A DNA stretch of 32,602 nt from a virus (taxonomy: Duplodnaviria; Caudoviricetes), in the IMG/VR virus record IMGVR_UViG_3300048572_000010, positions 1-32,602 of that record. One strand, given 5' to 3'. The notes beneath the pieces are model-generated. The model saw only the letters and a program-made list of their open reading frames with translations. It searched no databases and was not told where the DNA came from. Both the position numbers and the translations under genes were made by a program. Shown here one piece after another: positions 25,178 to 32,602 of this stretch; positions within the stretch are counted from its first letter, which is position 1; every line of letters starts with the position of its first letter.

Positions 25178-26815
25178 ATGATAGATGCTGGTGGATATCT
25201 TGGAAATTCGAACTTAAAAAAACTTGGTGTAGAAATATCCTACACCGAGGAACAAGTTGCGGAAATTATAAAGTGTACTGAAGACCCGGTGTATTTTATT
25301 AAAACCTATGTTAAAATTGTTAACGTAGACCGAGGACTTATTAATTTTGAAATGTGGCCGTTCCAAGAAGACATGGTCAGAACATTTCACAACAATCGTT
25401 TCTGTATTGCAAAGATGCCTCGTCAAGTTGGTAAAACAACTACGACTGTGGGTTATATGCTTTGGTCAGTTTTATTTCAAGATGACTACAGTATTGCCAT
25501 TCTTGCAAACAAAGGTGCTCTTGCTCGTGACATTCTAGGTCGTATTCAATATGCCTATGAGTATTTACCAATATGGTTGCAACAAGGTATCATTACTTGG
25601 AACAAAGGTAATATTGAGTTAGAGAACAAATCAAAGATAGCCGCATATGCAACATCAGCATCTGGTGTTCGTGGTGGTACATACAACTTAATTTTTCTAG
25701 ATGAATTTGCTTTCGTTCCTAAGAACATGGCAGATGATTTCTTTACTTCAACATACCCTGTTATCTCATCTGGTAAAACTACAAAAGTTATTATTGTATC
25801 AACACCTTGTGGATTAAATCATTTCTATAAGATGTGGGTTGATGCGATAGAGGGACGATCCACATACAAATCACTTGAGGTTCATTGGTCTCAAGTACCA
25901 GGTCGTGATGCGGATTGGAAAAGCGAAACAATACGAAACACTTCTGAAGAACAATTCAGACAAGAATTTGAAACCGAGTTTATCGGCTCATCGGCAACAT
26001 TGATATCTGGCACTAAACTTAGAAGTCTTGCATTTCATAACCCACTATCCTCAATTGAAGGTTTTGATATATATGAGGAACCTGTTAAAGACCGACTTTA
26101 TATTACGACAGTAGACTGTTCAGAAGGTGTGAACTTAGACTATTCAACTATTAATGTGCTTGATGTATCTCAAACACCTTATAAACAAGTCGCTAAATAC
26201 CGTAATAATAAATTACCTTTATTGTTTTTCCCAACTGTAATCTATTCGATTGCAAAGAAATACAATGAAGCATATGTTTTGATTGAAACAAACAATATTG
26301 GCCAACAAGTGGTTGATATTTTACATTATGATTTAGAATACGAAAACATTTACAAACTAGAACACCATCACATAAAAGGTCAGAGTATTTCTGGAGGATT
26401 CAAAAGGTCTGCATCTTTTGGCTTAAAAACAACAAAATCAGTTAAGAAAATTGGTTGTGCCAACTTAAAAACATTAGTTGAAAACGACAAGTTAATAGTC
26501 AACGATTTTGATACCATTGCCGAGATGAATACTTTTGTCCGAGTCCGTGACAGTTATGCTGCGGAAGAAGGAAACAATGATGATTTGGTGATGGGTCTAG
26601 TTATTTTTGCATGGTTGACGGCACAGACATTCTTCAAAGACAGTACTAATATTGATATAAGAAAATTAATGTTGGCAGAACAAAATATGTTAGTTGACGA
26701 AGATTTAGCTCCAGTAGGCATATTTGATAATGGCCTCAAAGAGGAAATTATCATTGATAGTACTAATGGAGATGTTTGGACTGAAAGAGGTTATTCCTCC
26801 TCTGCAACTTTCTAA
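25178..26815 (+). CDS. gp17: Terminase large subunit gp17
   Basis: Walker A MPRQVGKTT, Walker B LIFLDEFAF, coupling motif VSTP.G.NHFY, nuclease VDCSEG..DYS and DDLVM; uninterrupted. Confidence 0.97.
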   Translation: MIDAGGYLGNSNLKKLGVEISYTEEQVAEIIKCTEDPVYFIKTYVKIVNVDRGLINFEMWPFQEDMVRTFHNNRFCIAKMPRQVGKTTTTVGYMLWSVLFQDDYSIAILANKGALARDILGRIQYAYEYLPIWLQQGIITWNKGNIELENKSKIAAYATSASGVRGGTYNLIFLDEFAFVPKNMADDFFTSTYPVISSGKTTKVIIVSTPCGLNHFYKMWVDAIEGRSTYKSLEVHWSQVPGRDADWKSETIRNTSEEQFRQEFETEFIGSSATLISGTKLRSLAFHNPLSSIEGFDIYEEPVKDRLYITTVDCSEGVNLDYSTINVLDVSQTPYKQVAKYRNNKLPLLFFPTVIYSIAKKYNEAYVLIETNNIGQQVVDILHYDLEYENIYKLEHHHIKGQSISGGFKRSASFGLKTTKSVKKIGCANLKTLVENDKLIVNDFDTIAEMNTFVRVRDSYAAEEGNNDDLVMGLVIFAWLTAQTFFKDSTNIDIRKLMLAEQNMLVDEDLAPVGIFDNGLKEEIIIDSTNGDVWTERGYSSSATF

Positions 26816-26818
26816 AAA

Positions 26819-26826
26819 ACTAAATA
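26819..26826 (+). promoter_or_regulatory. Late promoter-like ACTAAATA upstream of gp18
   Basis: Intergenic TAAATA core; strong SD AAGGAG downstream, before ATG 26870. Confidence 0.6.
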
Positions 26827-26869
26827 GACAATACAAGAAAAATTGACTCACAACTAAAGGAGAAATCCA

Positions 26870-28558
26870 ATGGCATTTCAGCTATCACCTGGGGTAAATG
26901 TATCAGAAATTGACCTGACTACAATCGTCCCCTCAGTCGCCACTTCAATTGGCGCATTTGCCGGTCCGTTCGCATGGGGTCCAATCGGTGAAGTTACTAC
27001 GATTTCCGATGAGGTTCGCCTTGCCGCTACTTTCGGTAATCCAGACTCAACAAATTATGAATATTGGTTCTCGGCCGCAAACTTCCTTGCATACACAAGC
27101 AATCTAAAAATTGTTCGTGCTGCAAACATTACAACAACAAGAAACGCATCCGCCAACGGTGGTAACAATGTGGTACTTATTAAAAACGAAGATGATTGGT
27201 TAGATAACTATTCTACTGGCAATACTGCATTTGGTATTGCCTTTGCTCGTTATGCAGGAGCTATTGGTAACACATTAAAAGTTTCTGCTTCTGATGCAAA
27301 CACTCATTCATCTTGGATATATTCATCATTATTTACCTCTTCACCAGGAACATCCACATATGTTTCAAACAAAGGTGGTACATTTGATGAATTACATGTG
27401 GTCGTTATTGATGAAGACGGTCTATTTTCTGGCACAAGAGGTACAGTTCTTGAAAAATTCCCGTTTGTGTCTAAGGCATCTGATGCAAAAGATGATTCAG
27501 GTAACAACAATTTCTATAAAGAAGTTATTGCTAATAAATCAAAATACATTCAATGGGCATCACATCCAACTACAATTTCAACAGGCACAGCTTGGGGTTC
27601 TACTGCAAACGCATCAGCATTTGCTAATCTAACTGCTAATGTGTTATCGTCACTCTCTGGTGGTGTTGATGGTACAATCTCAACTGCAAACGTAGTAACT
27701 GCATATGACTTTTTCAACAATGCAGAATCCGTTGACATTTCATTAATTGTTTCTGGTCCATCAGATGCTAGTACAATTCCAAATGCTCTCATTACAACTG
27801 CCGAAGCAAGAAAAGATTGTGTGGTATTCTTATCACCACCAAAATCAAATTGTGTTGATAATGCTGGTAGTGAAACAACAAATATTAAAACCTATCGTGA
27901 TACATTGACAAGCACTTCATATGCCGTTTTAGATTCTAACTGGAAATATCAATACGACAAGTATAATGATGTATACCGTTGGGTTCCATTAAACGGTGAC
28001 GTTGCAGGTTTGTGTGCAAGAACAGACCTTGAAAGAGACCCATGGTTCTCTCCTGGTGGTTTGAATCGTGGTATCATTAAGAATGTTATCAAACTTGCAT
28101 GGAATCCAACTAAGACAAATCGTGATGATTTGTATGTTAAAGGTATCAACCCTATTGTTTCCTTCCAAGGCGAAGGCACAGTATTGTTTGGTGACAAAAC
28201 AATGTTATCTAAACCATCTGCGTTTGACCGCATCAATGTTCGTAGACTATTCATTGTACTTGAGAAAGCAATTGCAAGAGCAGCTCGTTTCTCAATGTTT
28301 GAATTTAATGACCAATTCACAAGAGCACAATTTGTTGCACTCGTAGAACCATTCTTGCGTGATGTACAAGGTCGCCGTGGTATCACCGACTTCCGTGTTG
28401 TTTGTGATGACACCAATAATACTGGTGAAGTTATTGACCGCAATGAATTCATTGGTGATATCTATATCAAACCTGCTCGTTCAATCAACTTTATTCAACT
28501 TAACTTTGTTGCAGTACGCACAGGCGTATCATTCGATGAAGTCGTTGGTAAGTTCTAA
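26870..28558 (+). CDS. gp18: Tail sheath protein gp18
   Basis: LSPGVNVSEIDLT, F.WGP, PWFSPGG.NRG, FDRINVRRLF, IKPARSINFI.LNFVA. Confidence 0.97.
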   Translation: MAFQLSPGVNVSEIDLTTIVPSVATSIGAFAGPFAWGPIGEVTTISDEVRLAATFGNPDSTNYEYWFSAANFLAYTSNLKIVRAANITTTRNASANGGNNVVLIKNEDDWLDNYSTGNTAFGIAFARYAGAIGNTLKVSASDANTHSSWIYSSLFTSSPGTSTYVSNKGGTFDELHVVVIDEDGLFSGTRGTVLEKFPFVSKASDAKDDSGNNNFYKEVIANKSKYIQWASHPTTISTGTAWGSTANASAFANLTANVLSSLSGGVDGTISTANVVTAYDFFNNAESVDISLIVSGPSDASTIPNALITTAEARKDCVVFLSPPKSNCVDNAGSETTNIKTYRDTLTSTSYAVLDSNWKYQYDKYNDVYRWVPLNGDVAGLCARTDLERDPWFSPGGLNRGIIKNVIKLAWNPTKTNRDDLYVKGINPIVSFQGEGTVLFGDKTMLSKPSAFDRINVRRLFIVLEKAIARAARFSMFEFNDQFTRAQFVALVEPFLRDVQGRRGITDFRVVCDDTNNTGEVIDRNEFIGDIYIKPARSINFIQLNFVAVRTGVSFDEVVGKF

Positions 28559-28564
28559 TAAATA
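28557..28564 (+). promoter_or_regulatory. Late promoter-like AATAAATA upstream of gp19
   Basis: Overlaps the gp18 stop; AGGAG SD follows. Confidence 0.55.
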
Positions 28565-28584
28565 GAGAAACAGGAGAATAAAAA

Positions 28585-29130
28585 ATGGCATTTAATGTAA
28601 ATGATTTTAGAGCTCAGATGGTAGGAGACGGTGCTCGTCCCAATCTATTTGAAGTCTCTATGCCTTTCCCTGCGTTTTCTGCGCCAGGAAATGCTCAAAC
28701 TAAACTCACATTTATGTGTAAAACTGCACAATTACCTGGCTCTACGCTAGGTGTTGTGCCAGTGCAATATTTTGGTCGTGAACTAAAATTTGTTGGTAAC
28801 AGAACATTTGCTGATTGGACAATTACAATCATTAACGATGAAGACTTTGTTGTTCGTAACGCTTTCGAAAGATGGATGAACGGCATTAATAGTCACAATC
28901 TTAATGTGCGTAATCCATTAGCTAATGCACCACTAGGTTACTCTGTTGATGGTGATGTTACTCAATTTGGTAAACAAGGCAATGTATTGAAGAGATGTAA
29001 ATTTGTTGGATTATTTCCAACAGACGTATCTGCAATTGATGTTGATTGGGGTTCAAACGACACAATCGAAGAATTTAGTGTTTCGCTGGCCTATCAATGG
29101 TGGGAAGCTGTAGCAGACGGTGTTGTGTAA
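28585..29130 (+). CDS. gp19: Tail tube protein gp19
   Basis: GARPNLFEV, GNRTFADWTITIINDEDF, IEEFSV.L.YQWW. Confidence 0.96.
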   Translation: MAFNVNDFRAQMVGDGARPNLFEVSMPFPAFSAPGNAQTKLTFMCKTAQLPGSTLGVVPVQYFGRELKFVGNRTFADWTITIINDEDFVVRNAFERWMNGINSHNLNVRNPLANAPLGYSVDGDVTQFGKQGNVLKRCKFVGLFPTDVSAIDVDWGSNDTIEEFSVSLAYQWWEAVADGVV

Positions 29131-29131
29131 C

Positions 29132-29159
29132 AGAAAGGCTTCGGCCTTTCTTAATTTTT
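29132..29159 (+). terminator. Hairpin terminator / stabilising hairpin with C(UUCG)G loop after gp19
   Basis: AGAAAGGC-TTCG-GCCTTTCT then TAATTTTT. Confidence 0.85.
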
Positions 29160-29175
29160 ATAGAATGGATATTTG

Positions 29176-30837
29176 ATGGCAATCAAGCTCTTCGGTTTTA
29201 CTCTTGGTAAAAAAGACGTTGTTCAGGTTCAATCACCTGAGCAACCTTCATTCGCACTTCCAACGGAGACAATGGATGATGGTGCGGTAACAATAACTCA
29301 AAACGCACACTATGGTACATATGTTGACTTAGAAGGTTCTGTTCGCAATGAAATAGAATTGGTCACACGATACCGTGAAATGGCAAATCACCCTGAATTG
29401 GAAATGGCAATTGATGATATTGTCAATGAGGCTATTACACATGATGTTTCAGGTAAGACAGTAGACATTGTTTTAGATAATTTAAAACAACCAGAAACAA
29501 TTAAAAAGAAAATCACAGAAGAATTCCATAATGTCTTAAAGATGTTAAACTTCGGTAATCTTTCTGATGATTTGTTTAAGAGATGGTATATCGATGGTCG
29601 AATTTATTACCATGTTGTGGTAGATGAATCGAAACCAAAAGAAGGTATACAAGAATTACGATACATTGACCCACGAAAGATTCGTAAGGTCCGTGAAATC
29701 AAAAAAGATAGAGACCCAAAAACTGGTGCTCAAATTGTTGCATCTATTGCCGAATACTATGTGTATAACGACAAAGGTACAACAACTCAATCATATACAA
29801 GTAGTGTCAATGCAGGTTTAAGAATCGCACCAGAGTCCATTATCAATGTGAACTCTGGTTTGATGGATGCAAAAAATACATTCGTTATTTCATATATTCA
29901 TAAGGCTATCAAGCCACTTAATCAGTTGCGAATGATTGAAGATGCGGTAGTTATCTATCGTCTTTCAAGAGCACCTGAACGCCGTATTTTCTATATTGAC
30001 GTTGGTAACTTACCAAAAGGTAAGGCTGAACAATATCTAAAAGATATTATGGCCAAGTATCGTAACAAAATGGTTTACGATGCAAGTACAGGTGAGTTGC
30101 GTGATGACCGCAAACACATGTCTATGTTAGAAGACTTCTGGTTGCCACGCCGTGAAGGTGGTAAAGGTACAGAGATTACTACATTACCTGCAGGCCAAAA
30201 TCTTGGTGAGTTGGAAGATGTTAAGTACTTCAGACAGAAACTATTAAACGCATTAAATGTACCAATCTCTCGTTTAGAACCACAACAAGGTGGCATGATT
30301 GGTGTTGGTCGTACAACTGAAGTCACAAGAGATGAAGTTAAATTTACAAAGTTTATTATTAGACTGCGTAACAAGTTCTCTCAGATATTTGACCATGCAT
30401 TAAGAGTACAACTCGTTCTAAAAGGCATTTGCACTTTAGAAGAATGGGATGATTTTAAAGAAGACATATATTATAATTACATGAAGGACAACAACTTCAC
30501 CGAAATGCGTGATGCTGAAATCCTTCGTGAAAGACTGAGTGTATTGCAAACTGTTGACCCATACATTGGTAGATACTATTCTATGGAATGGGTTCAGAAA
30601 AATGTTCTTCAAATGGACAAAGAAACTATTGCCGAAATGAAGAAACAAATTGCAAAAGAAGATACAGCTGGTACTGGTGGTCCAACAACACCACCAGAAC
30701 AACAACAGCAACAACAAGCTGATGCAGAGGCTAATCCTCCTGTAGATAATACACAAGATGATGCAGCGAATGAATCATTGACTCCACAACTAGATTTTGA
30801 GGTGGAAAAATATTCATCTTTACTAAATAAGCGATAA
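29176..30837 (+). CDS. gp20: Portal vertex protein gp20
   Basis: WYIDGRIYYH, LRYIDPRKIRKVR, RAPERRIFYIDVGNLPK.KAEQYL, EDFWLPRREGGKGTEITTLP. ATG 29176 chosen over TTG 29173. Confidence 0.97.
   Translation: MAIKLFGFTLGKKDVVQVQSPEQPSFALPTETMDDGAVTITQNAHYGTYVDLEGSVRNEIELVTRYREMANHPELEMAIDDIVNEAITHDVSGKTVDIVLDNLKQPETIKKKITEEFHNVLKMLNFGNLSDDLFKRWYIDGRIYYHVVVDESKPKEGIQELRYIDPRKIRKVREIKKDRDPKTGAQIVASIAEYYVYNDKGTTTQSYTSSVNAGLRIAPESIINVNSGLMDAKNTFVISYIHKAIKPLNQLRMIEDAVVIYRLSRAPERRIFYIDVGNLPKGKAEQYLKDIMAKYRNKMVYDASTGELRDDRKHMSMLEDFWLPRREGGKGTEITTLPAGQNLGELEDVKYFRQKLLNALNVPISRLEPQQGGMIGVGRTTEVTRDEVKFTKFIIRLRNKFSQIFDHALRVQLVLKGICTLEEWDDFKEDIYYNYMKDNNFTEMRDAEILRERLSVLQTVDPYIGRYYSMEWVQKNVLQMDKETIAEMKKQIAKEDTAGTGGPTTPPEQQQQQQADAEANPPVDNTQDDAANESLTPQLDFEVEKYSSLLNKR
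30822..30829 (+). promoter_or_regulatory. Late promoter-like ACTAAATA upstream of the prohead core genes
   Basis: TAAATA core in the last codons of gp20, 25 nt before ATG 30855. Confidence 0.5.
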
Positions 30838-30854
30838 TATAAAAAGGAATAATT

Positions 30855-31034
30855 ATGTCAACATCAGAATTTATAGACGAATTGGCCGCAGGCAATGCAT
30901 CTGGTGCCAAAGATATTTTGAACGATATGCTTTCTGCTCGTGCTTTTGAAGCACTTGAAGGCCGCAAAATTGAACTTGCTAGAGGCATTTTCAATGGTAG
31001 TGAACAATCACAAGAAGTTGCCACAGAAGAATAA
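30855..31034 (+). CDS. gp67-like prohead core protein (59 aa, absent from the ORF track)
   Basis: SD AAGGA. Translates MSTSEFIDELAAGNASGAKDILNDMLSARAFEALEGRKIELARGIFNGSEQSQEVATEE*. Its position after the portal and acidic tail match T4 gene 67. TAATG overlap. Confidence 0.75.
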   Translation: MSTSEFIDELAAGNASGAKDILNDMLSARAFEALEGRKIELARGIFNGSEQSQEVATEE

Positions 31035-31735
31035 TGAAATCTCTATTAGAATTCAAATCTATCGTTGAAGAAGAGAAGTCAGACTATTCAAAGTTTGACA
31101 CTCTGGTTCGTGCTGGTCTGGCCAATAAGGCACAGATGCAACGTATTCACAAAATCTTAGATAAGATGAGTGAAGAGAAACCAACATTCAACAATGCCGA
31201 TAGAATGATTATTCAGAACCTCTTTAACAAGATGGTAGATTTAATTTCTAATAACAAACAAATTAATATGCAGGCACGCCGTGCAGTTAAAGAAGATGAA
31301 GATGTTATTGAGGCAGAACAGTTAGATGAAGCAAATCCAGGTCCAACACCACCTTATATTTTGTTGTTAAAGAGAACAGCGATTCGTTTGTATCCTGATG
31401 GAACAAAAATTGCATTGTATCGTAACAAACAATTAAACAAATACTTCTCTGTACCATATGATACTCCAGTAAGTTCAGCAATTCAAGCCGAAGAAGTTGA
31501 ATTGGAAGAGTCGGTAATGGATCAACTACATAAGATAGTAAAAGATAAATCTGCACAGTCGGTTAAGTTTGCATCTGGTCATAGTCGTAAGATTGACCAT
31601 TTCACCGCATCGGCATTGACGCAAGTTCATAACGCATTAAATGATGATAACAAAAAGAAGTTTGCAGATTTGGTACACAAGTCTCCAGAACATTTTATGA
31701 AAGCATCTGACTTTGCTTTCAAACATGCAAAATGA
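31034..31735 (+). CDS. Hypothetical protein in the prohead core cluster
   Basis: 233 aa, coupled on both sides; acidic linkers containing (L/I)xE motifs (QLDE, ELEE). Confidence 0.7.
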   Translation: MKSLLEFKSIVEEEKSDYSKFDTLVRAGLANKAQMQRIHKILDKMSEEKPTFNNADRMIIQNLFNKMVDLISNNKQINMQARRAVKEDEDVIEAEQLDEANPGPTPPYILLLKRTAIRLYPDGTKIALYRNKQLNKYFSVPYDTPVSSAIQAEEVELEESVMDQLHKIVKDKSAQSVKFASGHSRKIDHFTASALTQVHNALNDDNKKKFADLVHKSPEHFMKASDFAFKHAK

Positions 31736-32169
31736 GTTTTGTATCATCGTTAATAGAAAATAAATTAGATGAAGCAAAAGAAAAGTTATTTGCTCATCTA
31801 AATGAGATAGTTGCAAAACGTCTTGCAGAAGCAAAGCGTTATGTTGCAGAAGATATGTTTAATGAAGTTTTGGATGAGGCAACTCAAAATCGTAACATCA
31901 TTAAGATGGGTAGAGTCCAAAAGATTCGCCGTAGAATTAGAAGAAATGCTAAGGGTAAGATTGTTATACAAAAAAATGTAAGACGATCCGCCATTAAAGG
32001 TTATAGAATATCGGGTAATACAGTTAAACGTATACCCGCAACAGTAAGATTAAGAAAAGCAAGACTATTAAAAAGGTCATGGAAGACAACTAGAAAAGCA
32101 AAATTACGCCGCACATTAATGAAAAGAAAAATGAGTATGCGTAGACGCTCATCAATAGGACTAAGATAA
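31732..32169 (+). CDS. gp68-like prohead core protein with highly basic C-terminal half
   Basis: Arg/Lys-rich C-terminus ending RRRSSIGLR, as recalled for T4 gp68; positioned before gp21. Confidence 0.7.
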   Translation: MSFVSSLIENKLDEAKEKLFAHLNEIVAKRLAEAKRYVAEDMFNEVLDEATQNRNIIKMGRVQKIRRRIRRNAKGKIVIQKNVRRSAIKGYRISGNTVKRIPATVRLRKARLLKRSWKTTRKAKLRRTLMKRKMSMRRRSSIGLR

Positions 32170-32170
32170 A

Positions 32171-32518
32171 ATGGCATTTGAATACATAAACACACTTCGT
32201 TCAGCATCAATAGCTAGAATTATTGATACTGGAACTACTATCGCATTGGCTAACCTTTCAACTGGTGCCAATGAAACTGTTACTGCCGCAAATATTCGTA
32301 AAATTGCATGGTCAACAAACGGCAATATTCAAATTGTTCGTAATTCTGTGCCAATTGTTACGTTGCATAATACAGGTACTCTTGAGTTTGATTCACTCAA
32401 CACTACATTAGCTAATAATAACACTCAACCAATTGTTGTTACAATTAATACAGGTGGTTTTGTGGTACTAGAACTAACCAAAGAAGCAACATATACAACT
32501 GCACCAGGCGGATACTAA
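32171..32518 (+). CDS. Hypothetical beta-rich protein preceding the prohead protease
   Basis: 115 aa, one base from its neighbours on both sides. Confidence 0.65.
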   Translation: MAFEYINTLRSASIARIIDTGTTIALANLSTGANETVTAANIRKIAWSTNGNIQIVRNSVPIVTLHNTGTLEFDSLNTTLANNNTQPIVVTINTGGFVVLELTKEATYTTAPGGY

Positions 32519-32519
32519 T

Positions 32520-32602
32520 ATGAAACTTATCAGAGAACATATTGAATCGGTTAAATATTTAACTGAAGCAACAGAAAACGGTAAAAAGAACCTATACATT
32601 GA
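32520..32602 (+). CDS. gp21: Prohead protease gp21, N-terminal fragment (runs off the window)
   Basis: MKLIREHIESVKYLTEATENGKKNLYI matches the typical gp21 N-terminus of T4-like phages; gene order. Confidence 0.8.
   Translation, partial: MKLIREHIESVKYLTEATENGKKNLYI

Noticed and set aside
30690-30720. Poly-Gln run at the portal C-terminus
   Set aside because: A low-complexity, probably disordered tail, a region that is commonly variable in T4-like portals.
25178-30837. Inteins or introns in terminase, sheath or portal
   Set aside because: The frames are continuous, of ordinary length, and lack visible splicing motifs.
277-32411. Minus-strand and alternative-frame ORFs in the track (for example 2418..2840, 16343..16894, 21081..21521, 27949..28452)
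   Set aside because: They are fully nested in well-supported plus-strand genes, have no recognisable motifs, and are explained as shadows of biased codon usage.
1-32602. Stop-codon reassignment, tRNA or other structured RNA genes
   Set aside because: Conserved genes read through in the standard code with TAA, TGA and TAG all used as stops, and intergenic gaps are too short or already explained.

Overview
AT-rich, almost entirely plus-strand late (virion) region of a large T4-like myophage. The right half is the conserved T4 neck/packaging/tail/head block: gp13, gp14, gp15, gp16, then a Dps-like ferritin, then gp17, gp18, gp19, gp20, gp67-like, gp68-like and the start of gp21. The left ~21 kb is an accessory fibre region. 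It holds the 3' end of a large baseplate/structural protein, eight candidate receptor-binding proteins (each with a small downstream partner gene or a C-terminal S74 auto-chaperone), several small adaptor-like genes, two free-standing GIY-YIG endonucleases and a chain of Mtd_N-like fibre proteins. T4-type late promoter motifs (NNTAAATA) and two C(UUCG)G hairpins are visible. Four observations stand out. (1) Two intact genes missed by the ORF track (10171..10593, 15556..15888) have no ATG/GTG/TTG start and appear to begin at ATT and ATC behind the same GGnGAACTAAA context. (2) Recurring terminal peptide motifs (GGxF, IALG, Trp-ended adaptors, MAG.. N-termini) suggest a branched, plug-in fibre assembly, with shared DNA hinges for module swapping. 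(3) A Dps gene sits between the terminase subunits. (4) Exposed virion proteins are strongly enriched in (A/G/S)-Asn motifs. All product calls come from motif recognition and gene order; no database search was run.
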